Shown here: in pieces, positions 32,445 through 40,645 of the stretch
How the letters are laid out: each line of letters opens with the position of its first letter
Numbering within the stretch: position 1 is the first letter of the stretch
Source: an uncultured Actinomycetes bacterium
GTDB taxonomy: Bacteria; Actinomycetota; Thermoleophilia; Solirubrobacterales; Solirubrobacteraceae
Reading direction: 5' to 3'
DNA: 64,000 nt
Assembly: GCA_963721255.1 (NCBI GenBank)
Contig: CAVRIM010000004.1
Coordinates: 81,190 to 145,189 of the forward strand
Program-made: the position numbers and the translations under genes
The notes under the pieces: model-generated
Told to the model about the DNA's origin: nothing
Database searches by the model: none
Seen by the model: the letters and a program-made list of their open reading frames with translations, nothing else

Positions 32445-33363
32445 CTAGCGGGCGGTTGCGTCCTGCGTGAACGCGGCGGTGTGCACGCGCCCACCGGTCT
32501 GGAACTGGACGAAGAGGCGGTAGGACCCCGGCTTCGGCAGCTCGGCGTCGAACGTGATCGTGCCCGCCGCGAGGTCCTTCGACGCGGGATGCACGTGCGA
32601 GTACTCGAGGCCCGGCGCGTGCAGCGCGACGAGGTGCCCGTAGGCGCCGAGGTAGGGCTGAAGGTCCGTGACCGGCCGGCCGTGGCGGGTGACGCTGAAG
32701 CTCAGCGTCGACTCGCGCCCCGCGGTCAGCGTCGCCGGCCGGTGGAGCGACACGCGGTAGCCGTCGACGCTCGCGGTCGTCGACGCGCCGGGCAGCGGCA
32801 CGGTGCTCGCTGCTCCGGGAGCGCGTCAGCTCGGTCCCGAGGACGTAGCGCCGGCCGCCGGTCGTGAAGTCGGCGAGCGCGCGGTAGCGCCCCGGCTGCC
32901 GCAGCGTCATGTCGACGGAGAACGTGCCGTCGGGGGCGAGCGCCGGATGAAGGTGCTGGTAGCCGGTGAGGTCCGAGCGCACGACGATGAGGTGCACGAG
33001 CTTGGTCTGATCGCGCGTGAAGCTGCGCACGGCGTCGCCGTTGCAGTCGACGATGCGAAAGCGCCAGGTGGCGCTGCGGCCGGTGGGCAGCGTGCGCGTG
33101 CGGGGGTCGAGCGTGAGGCCGCCGAGCTTCGAGCGCGAGCCGTCGGCGCCGGCGACCATCGGCGCCATCGACGCCCCGCTCTCGGCCTGCCCGGCGTTGG
33201 ACATGCCGCCGCCCGCCATCGCGCCGCCCTGGCCGCCGGACGCGACCCGCAGGCAGTTCTGGAACGGCGGCGTCGCGTCGGTCGCGCTGCCGATGGCGGC
33301 GGCGCCGCCGCCGATGACGGCGAGGCCCAGGGCGAAGGAGGCGAGTCGGGTGGCGGTGTGCAT
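32445..33363 (-). CDS. secreted copper-island protein with two Ig-like (YtkA/FixH-like) His-rich domains, frame interrupted once (~32815)
   Basis: ORF 32416-33363 gives the N-terminus (signal; ...KLVHLIVVRSDLTGYQHLHPALAPDGTFSVDMTLRQPGRYRALADF). ORF 32445-32801 gives the second copy (DLQPYLGAYGHLVALHAPGLEYSHVHPAS...PKPGSYRLFVQF). The domain name is a guess. Confidence 0.65.
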
Positions 33364-33391
33364 GAGGATCCAGTCCGTCGTGCTGATCGGG

Positions 33392-33406
33392 TACCCTACG
33401 GGGGTA
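33392..33406. promoter_or_regulatory. candidate CsoR operator 1 (TACCCTACGGGGGTA)
   Basis: GC-core pseudo-palindrome of the TACCC-N-GGGTA type, in the divergent intergenic region between the copper operon and csoR. Confidence 0.55.
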
Positions 33407-33420
33407 TCTGATGGAAACCT

Positions 33421-33447
33421 ACACTATACCCCCCTAGGGTATAGTGT
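33421..33447. promoter_or_regulatory. candidate CsoR operator 2 (ACACTATACCC-CCCTA-GGGTATAGTGT)
   Basis: Perfect 11-bp inverted arms around a 5-nt centre, 40 nt upstream of the csoR ATG. It resembles published actinobacterial CsoR boxes (ATACCCC...GGGGTAT). Confidence 0.65.
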
Positions 33448-33486
33448 GATGTGCACCACACAGGCACCGAAGAGGAACGCGCACGC

Positions 33487-33780
33487 ATGACACCGACGAC
33501 CGAGACGCACGGCTACTCCGGCAACAAGGACCCGCTGATCAAGCGCCTGCGGCGCATCGAGGGCCAGGTCCGCGGGATCGAGGGCATGGTCGACGGCGAC
33601 CGCTACTGCATCGACATCCTCACGCAGATCTCCGCGGTCCAGGCCGCGCTCGACAAGGTCGCGCTCGGCCTGCTGACCGATCACGCCGAGCACTGCGTCA
33701 TCGGCGCCGCGCAGGACGATCAGCCCGAGAAGACGCAGGAGCTGATGACGGCCGTCGCGCGCCTGATGCGCCGCGGCTGA
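33487..33780 (+). CDS. csoR: CsoR-family copper-sensing transcriptional repressor
   Basis: ORF 33451-33780. ATG 33487 is preferred (GAAGAGGAA 8 nt upstream; the GTG 33451 start would overlap the operator). LIKRLRRIEGQVRGIEGMVDGDRYCIDILTQISAVQAALDKV...DHAEHCV, giving the C-H-C ligand set. Confidence 0.92.
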   Translation: MTPTTETHGYSGNKDPLIKRLRRIEGQVRGIEGMVDGDRYCIDILTQISAVQAALDKVALGLLTDHAEHCVIGAAQDDQPEKTQELMTAVARLMRRG

Positions 33781-33784
33781 GACC

Positions 33785-33807
33785 GGTGCGCCGTGTTTCG
33801 GCGCACT
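33785..33807 (+). terminator. candidate terminator hairpin after csoR
   Basis: gtgcgcc-gtgtttc-ggcgcac, a 7-bp stem that starts 5 nt after the csoR stop. No U-tract. Confidence 0.3.
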
Positions 33808-33829
33808 GATCTGCGGGAAAGCCCGTGAT

Positions 33830-34189
33830 ATGTCGATCCGCGCCGCGGCGCACCAGCGAAACGTCCGAAGGCCGTCGGATGATGCACGTGCAGTGGCACG
33901 AGATCTGACGATCTGCAGCGCCTGCGGTGGCCACTTCGTCTACCCGCTCGACTGGGCGGCGGTGGGCACGCAGCACTGGCGCATCGAGCTGCGCTGCCCC
34001 GACTGCGAGGCGCGCGGCACGATCGTCGAGCGGCAGCCGGTCGTCGATCGCTTCGACGAGCTGCTCGAGCAGGGATCCGCCGAGCTGGCCCGCGCGCTCC
34101 ACGCGCTCGTGCAGAGCGACATCGACGCCGAGGTCGCGCAGCTGCACGACTCGCTGGCCACCGGCCGCCTGCGTCCCGAGGACTTCTGA
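33830..34189 (+). CDS. hypothetical small zinc-ribbon-like protein (CxxC...CxxC)
   Basis: ORF 33830-34189. ICSACGGHFVYPLDWAAVGTQHWRIELRCPDCEARG, then a helical acidic tail. No family recognised. Confidence 0.5.
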   Translation: MSIRAAAHQRNVRRPSDDARAVARDLTICSACGGHFVYPLDWAAVGTQHWRIELRCPDCEARGTIVERQPVVDRFDELLEQGSAELARALHALVQSDIDAEVAQLHDSLATGRLRPEDF

Positions 34190-34194
34190 GCCGG

Positions 34195-37100
34195 CTAGCT
34201 CACGTACGTGCTGATCGCCGGCGCCTGCGCGGACACGTTGCCGGCGGCGTCGAGCGCCTCGACCGTGTACGTGTAGGTCCTGCCGTTGGAGAGGTCGATG
34301 TCGGCGTAGCTCGTGGCCGTCGGCTGGGCGATCATCGTGTACGCACCGGTGTTGACCTTGCGGTAGACGCGGTACTTGGTGACGGCGATGTTGTCCGTCG
34401 AGGCCGTCCACGAGAACGTGATCGAGTGGTTGGAGGCGTTCTTGACGAGCGCGAGGTTCGTCGGGACGGTCGGCGCCTGGGTGTCGCCGGGCGTGACGGA
34501 GACCTGGTTGCTCGCCGCGCTCAGGTTCCCCGCCGCGTCGGTGGCCTTGACCGTGTACAGGTAGGCGGTGCCGTTGGTCAGCCCGGTGTCGGTGTACGAC
34601 GGGCCCGACGGGCGAGCCGACGAGCACGCCGCCGCGGTAGACCTTGTAGCCGGTCACGCCGACGTTGTCCGTCGACGCCGTCCAGGTGAGCGACGCCGAT
34701 CCCGTGCCCGGGGTGCCGACGAGGCTCGCCGGCGCGCTCGGAGCGGTGGTGTCCGGGACGACCGGCGCGACGGGCGTCGCCGAGACGGCGCCCGACTGCG
34801 CGGACGCGTTGCCCGACCCGTCGACCGCCGCCACCTTGTAGCTGTACGCGGTGCCGTTCGTCAGGCCCGTGTCGACGTAGTACGGCGTCGCCGGGGACGC
34901 GACGAGCACGCCGCCGCGGTAGACCTTGTAGCCGGTCACCGCGACGTTGTCGGTCGACGCCGTCCACGACAGCGCGACCTGCGCGTCACCCGGCGTCGCG
35001 GTCAGGCCGGACGGCACGGTCGGCGCCGTCGTGTCCGCCGGCGTCGCCGCGACCGCCGCCGTCTGCGCCGAGGCGTTCCCCGCGGCGTCGACCGCGGCGA
35101 TCTTGTAGCTGTAGGCGGTGCCGTTCGTGAGGCCGGTGTCGGTGTAGCTCGTCCCGGTGGGCGCGGCGATCAGGACGCCGCCGCGGTAGACGCGGTAGCC
35201 GGTGACGCCGACGTTGTCGGTCGAGGCCGTCCACGACAGCGCGACCTGCGTGCTGCCCGGGGTCGCGGTCAGGCCCGCCGGCACGCTCGGCGCCGTGGTG
35301 TCGGGCGGCGCGACGGGCGTCGCGGATGCCGCGGCCGACTGCGCCGAGGCGTTCGCGGAGCCGTCGACGGCCGCCACCTTGTAGCTGTAGGCGGTCCCGT
35401 TCGCGAGGCCCGGTGTCGGTGTAGTACGGGCGTCGCCGGGGAGGCGATCAGCACGCCCCCGCGGTAGACCCTGTAGCCGGTCACCGCGACGTTGTCCGTC
35501 GACGGCGTCCAGCTCAGCGAGACCTGCGTGTCACCCGGGGTCGCCGTGAGGCCGGACGGAACGGTCGGCGCCGTCGTGTCGGCCGGCGTGGCCGACGCGC
35601 TGCTCGCGGTCGAGACGTTGCCGGCGGCGTCGCGCGCCTTGACCGTGTAGCTGTAGAGCGTCCCGTTCGTGAGGCCCGGTGTCGGTGTAGGACGTGCCGG
35701 CCGGCGAGGCCACGAGCACGGCTCCGCGGTAGACGTCGTAGCCGGTCACGCCGATGTTGTCGCTCGACGCGCCCCAGGACAGCGCGACCTGGCGGTCCCC
35801 GGCCGTGGCGGTCAGCCCGGGCGGCGCGCCCGGCGGGGTCGTGTCGATCACGATCGGGGCGACGGGCGTCGCGGACACCGGCGAGCTCTGGGGCGAGGTG
35901 TTGCCGGCGGCGTCGGCCGCGGCGATCCGGTAGCTGTAGGAGGTCCCGTTCGGCCAGGCCGGTGTCCGTGTAGAACGGCGTGCCCGGCGAGGCGATGAGC
36001 GCGCCGTCGCGGTAGACGCGGTAGCCGGTGACGGCGACGTTGTCGGTCGACGGCGTCCAGCTCAGCGAGACCTGCGTGTCACCCGGGGTCGCCGTCACGG
36101 AGCCCGGGGTCGTCGGCGCCTGCGTGTCGGCCGGCGTCCCGGAGACGGGGCTGCACTGCGCGGAGGCGTTGCCCGCCGCGTCGACCGCGGCGACCCGGTA
36201 GCTGTACGCGGTCCCGTTCGTCAGGCCGGTGTCGGTGAACGTCGTGCCCGACGGCTGCGCGATCAGCGCGCCGTCGCGGTAGACCTTGTACCCGGTCACC
36301 GCGACGTTGTCCGTCGACGCGGTCCAGTTCAGCGCGACCTGCCCGTTGCCGGGCGTCGTGGCGAGGCCCGCGGGAACGCTCGGCGCGGTCGTGTCCGAGG
36401 ACGATCGGCGCGACCGGCGTCGCGGAGACCGCGGCCGACTGGGCGGAGGCGTTCGCCGAGCCGTCGACGGCCGCCACCTTGTAGCTGTACGCCGTGTCGT
36501 TCGTGAGGCCGGTGTCGACGTAGTACGGCGTCGCCGGCGAGGCGACGAGCACGCCGCCGCGGTAGACGCGGTAGCCCGTCACGCCGACGTTGTCCGTCGA
36601 GGCCGTCCACGACAGCGCGACCTGCGCGTCGCCCGGCGTCGCGGTCAGGCCCGCGGGCACGCTCGGCGCGATCGTGTCGGCCGGCGTGGCCGACGCGGCG
36701 CTGGCGGTCGAGACGTTGCCCGCGGCGTCGCGCGCCTTGACGGTGTAGCTGTAGAGCGTCCCGTTCGTGAGGCCCGGTGTCGGTGTAGGAGGTGCCGGGG
36801 ACGACGGCGACGGGCGTCGCGCCGCGGTAGATCTCGTAGGCGGTGACGGCGGTGTTGTCCGTCGACGCGTTCCACGCGAGGGCGACCTGGCGGTCTCCGG
36901 GCGTGGCGGTGAGGCCGGGCGGCGCGCTCGGCGGGGTCGTGTCGAGGATGATCGGCGCCTGCGGCGTCACCATCACCGCGGTCGACTGCGCGGACTCGTT
37001 GCCGCTGCCGTCGACGGCGGTCACCGTGTAGCTGTAGGCGGTGCCGTTCGTGACGCCCGTGTCGAGGTGGTAGGGCGTCGTCGGCGAGGCGACGAGCACG

Positions 37101-38048
37101 CCGCCGCGGTAGACGCCGGTAGCCGGTGACGGCGACGTTGTCGGTCGGCGCCGTCCAGGTCAGGCTCACCTGCGCGTCACCCGGTGTCGCGGCGAGGCCG
37201 GTCGGGGTGCCCGGCGCCGTCGTGTCGGCGGGGGTCGCGTTCGCGGTCGCCGCGACCGACACGTTGCCCGCCTGGTCGAAGGCGAGGACGGTGTAGGCGT
37301 AGCCGGTGCCGTTGACGAGCCCGGTGTCGGTGAACGTCGTGCCCTCCTGGAAGCTGATCGGCGCGCCGTCGCGGCGCAGCTCGTAGTAGACGACCTTGAC
37401 GTTGTCGGTGGAGGCGCCCCAGCTCAGCGCGACCTGCCGGTCACCGGCGACCGCCTGGAAGCTCGGCGGGCTGCTCGGCGCCTGCGTGTCGGCGCCCGCG
37501 CCCGGGGCGACCGGCGTCGAGGAGACCGTCGCCGGCGCCGAGGCGTTGCCCGCGGCGTCGACCGCGGCCACCTGGTAGTCGTAGCGCGTCCCGTTCGCGA
37601 GGCCGGTGTCGGTGAACGACGTGGACTGCACCGTCGAGACGACGGCGCCGTTGCGGGACACGCGGTAGCCGGCGACGCCGACGTTGTCGCTCGAGACGTT
37701 CCAGACGAGGACGACCTGGCTGCGGCCGGGCGCGGCCTCCAGGCCGGACGGCGTCGTCGGCGGCGTCCTGTCCCCGCTCGCGGCGTTGCTCGGAGGAAGC
37801 ACGGCGCAGACGAGGACCCAGCGCTTCTTCCAGACGCGCTTGCGCTTCAGCTTCCCGTGAACGCGGACCTTCACCGTCACGCGCACGCGCTTCTTCACCT
37901 TCGTCAGCGTGGTTCCGGCGCGGCACTTGGGCGCCTTCGCGGCGCCCGTGGCGAGCACCCCGCCCGTGACCACGCCGAACGCGATCGGGGCGAAGATCGA
38001 CGTCATCAGCATGAACAGCGCGAGGACCGCTGTGAGCTTCCGCAACAC
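34195..38048 (-). CDS. giant membrane-anchored/secreted protein with 13 tandem fibronectin type III domains, frame interrupted at least 8 times
   Basis: Pieces are in ORFs 36645-38168, 36329-37099, 36079-36660, 35514-36299, 35531-35878 and 33698-35377, plus my third-frame C-terminus (...[56 protein letters not shown], stop at 34195-34197). I counted the unit DTxAPxxPxGLxAxPGDxQVxLSWxASTDNVxVTGYxVYRxG...TDTGLxNGTxYxYxVxAxDxAGNxS 13 times. Proposed start is GTG 38046-38048 (GGAG 8 nt upstream), then a TM segment [27 protein letters not shown]. Confidence 0.8.
34200..37760 (-). repeat. tandem coding repeat array, about 285-290 nt period x 13 (FN3 modules), with several copies near-identical at the DNA level
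   Basis: Recurrent strings, e.g. gtagaccttgtagccggtcac-gcgacgttgtc-gtcgac and gccgttcgtgaggccggtgtcggtgta, at about 290-nt spacing. Confidence 0.8.
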
Positions 38049-38373
38049 GGGAACCACTCCATCGGGGGGAGGGACGGGGTTCCGCGGCCATCGTCCGGCC
38101 GGACACCCGACTTGAGCGCCCGGCGGAACTGCCGCCGCGCCGCCCGAATAGCGGTGCAATGCCTGCAATCGGCGTCACGCGGCGAGCGGTCCGGCGCGGC
38201 GCGCCCGGCGGCAGAACTTCCTGCAAAGCGGCGCATGATTGCGTGCGTCCGGTGCGGGTTTCCCGGCCCACGGGTGGTGGTGTCCCGCAGCGGGTCCATC
38301 CACTTCCACCGGATGAATCGGCGGTCCTCGTGCAGCACGATCGAATCGTCCGGTGAGATCAGGGAGGCTTGTG

Positions 38374-39220
38374 ATGCGTGCCGTGCCGATGGACCGTCCT
38401 CGACGCGTCCTCTGCGTGGCGTCCGTGGTGGCCGGACTGGCGGTGCTGGCGCCCGCTGCGGCGCGCGCGTCGACCGTCGTGTACTCCGGAACGACCGCCG
38501 CCGATCAGTACCCGCTCGTCATGAGCGTCAGCGGTTCGCGCATCGTCGGGATCACGTCGATGTGGCACGCGGTCTGCAGCTCGGGCAAGGGGTACAGCTT
38601 CGGCAAGAACATGTCGCTGGCGAAGGCCCCGATCGCGATCGGGAAGGGAGGCCGGTTCTCAGGCTCGGCGATCGTTCCCGAGCAACTCGGGGGCGGTGAG
38701 AGCGGGCTCGTGACGCTCACGTTCAAGGGGGCGCTCAAGGGCTCGAAGCTCACCGGGACGCTGACCGGTGCGATGGCCGTCGGCAGCGATCCGAGCGGCC
38801 CGTCGGACACCTGCGTCGTGACCGAGTCTGAAGTTCAGCCTGCTCCACAAGCCCGGCACGGAGTACGGCGGCGTGACCAGCCAGGGGCTTCCGGTCGTCG
38901 TGGAGCTCGGCAGCGGGCGCGCCACGATCCGGCACCTGCACGTCGGGTGGCGAACGACATGCACCTCCGGGTATGAGTTCGAGTTCGCCGACTTCCTCGG
39001 GGGCGGCGCACTCGTCGCCGGGCGCTTCGGCGGCACGTTCACCACGAACGAGGCGCGATCGGGCGGCGGGAGGATGATCTCGGACTACGAGGTCTCCGGC
39101 AGTCTCTCCAAGTCTGCGGGCAGCGGGACGCTCAAGCTCACCGTCACGCCAAAGGACGCGGCGGGGACGGCCGAGGACACCTGCGCGACGCCAGCGGTCA
39201 CCTTCCGGGTGCGCGGATGA
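38374..39220 (+). CDS. hypothetical secreted protein, frame interrupted once (~38830)
   Basis: AGGGAGG, then ATG 38374. MRAVPMDRPRRVLCVASVVAGLAVLAPAAARA... (ORF 38353-38976). It continues in the frame of ORF 38873-39220 (LKFSLLHKPGTEYGGVTSQGLPVVVELGSGRATIRHLHVGW...). Confidence 0.55.
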
Positions 39221-40631
39221 GAACGCCCCGCGCATCCCGGACGCTCCGGGCCGCCACCGCCGGCCTGCTGGCGGCGGCGAGCCTGGCGTCCGCCGCCCCC
39301 GCCGGGGCGGCCGGCTGGTCGGCGCCGCAGAACGTCTCGGCGAGCGCCAACGACCTGTTCCAGAGCGCGGTCGCGGTCGACCGTCACGGCCGCGCGCTCG
39401 CGTCCTGGCCGGCACTGCGCTGGCAGAGCGCGAGCCCGCACGGCCACTACGTGCTCGACGGCTGGCACACGGCGACGCGCGCGCCGGGCGCCGCCGCGTT
39501 CTCGCTGCCGCGCAGCGCCCCGACCTTCGTCGCCGGCCCGGTGCTCTACGGCGTCTCGCGCGCGGTCGGCCTGGACCAGCGCTCGCTGGGCTGGCAGCGC
39601 TGCGGCGAGCGGGCGACGCTGCGCGCGCGCTTCGGCACGTCGTCGGGGGTGTTCGAAGCGCCGATGACGATCGCCACGTCCAAGGGGCCCGGGAACAACG
39701 GCGACCCGGCCGTCGCCGCCAATGACGCGGGCCAGGTGCTCGCCGCATGGGCGGCCGCGAACGCCGACTGCAGCAGCTCGAGCATCCAGGTCTCGATCCG
39801 CCGGCCCGGCGGCTCTGGATTCAGCTCCCCCGTCACGTTGCGCGGCAGCGGGCGCTCGGAAGCGCCGTCGGTCGCGGTCGGCGCGGGGGGCGACGTCGTC
39901 GTGGCATGGGAGCGGCGGCTCGGCGAGAGCCGCACCGCGATCGAGGCGCGGTTCCGGCCGGCCGGGCACAGCTGGGGGCCCGTCGTCCGGCTCGGCGACG
40001 GCACCGTGGCCGGTCCGCTGACCACCGCGGTCGCCCAGAACGGCCGCGCCTACGTCGCCTGGGGATCGCAGACGATCTCCGAGTCGACCGGTCTCAGCGC
40101 GGCGTCCTTCGTCGCCGTGCGGCCCGCGGGCGCACGCTCGTTCCGCTCAGCGCAGACGCTCGAGCGCGTGCACAGCGCTGTCGCCTACCTCCCGCGCCTC
40201 GCACCGGTCCTGGCGCTCGCGGGGACGGGCGCGTACGTCGCGTGGACCGGGCACGACAGCGCCTGGCGTGCGCGCGTCTCGACCACCGACGCCGGCGGGC
40301 GCTTCAGCGCGCCGCAGACAGCCGTCGCCCGCCGGCACGAACGTCGTTCTCGGCGACCTCGCCGCGCTCCCCGACGGGACCGCGACGATCACCTGGTCAG
40401 GGCTGGACCAGGAGTACCTCGTCCAGAACGTCGTCGCGGCCTACCACCCCGCCGGCACGGGGATCGTTCGGCGCGCCCGAGCTCGTCAGCGCCGGCGCCC
40501 TGCGCCAGCCGTCGGTGGCGATGGACCCGACGACACGTCAGCCGACGATCGTGTGGCCGCAGCGCCTCGGACCGGTGACCAGCGTCGCGACGATCACCGC
40601 GTACGTGCGGGCGTCGACGCGCGGCGGCTGA
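39217..40631 (+). CDS. hypothetical secreted protein, frame interrupted twice (~40322, ~40470)
   Basis: ATG 39217 overlaps the previous stop (ATGA). Signal RAATAGLLAAASLASAAPAGAAG. ORF 39217-40578, then the frame of ORF 40268-40672 (VSPAGTNVVLGDLAALPDGTATITWSGLDQEYLVQNVVAAYHPAGTG), then the end of ORF 39747-40631 (FGAPELVSAGALRQPSVAMDPTTRQPTIVWPQRLGPV...). Confidence 0.55.
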
Positions 40632-40645
40632 CCGCGGCGCGTCGC

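Noticed and set aside
34200-37760. Regular ~290-nt repeats as a possible CRISPR or non-coding satellite
   Set aside because: The period is far too long for CRISPR, there are no unique spacers, and every unit translates into an FN3 domain. This is a coding repeat.
38049-38373. Possible c-di-GMP or other riboswitch in the 325-nt divergent region next to the FN3 adhesin-like gene (contains GCAAAGC)
   Set aside because: Only a 7-nt resemblance. I could not build the GEMM helices by eye. It needs a covariance-model scan before any claim.
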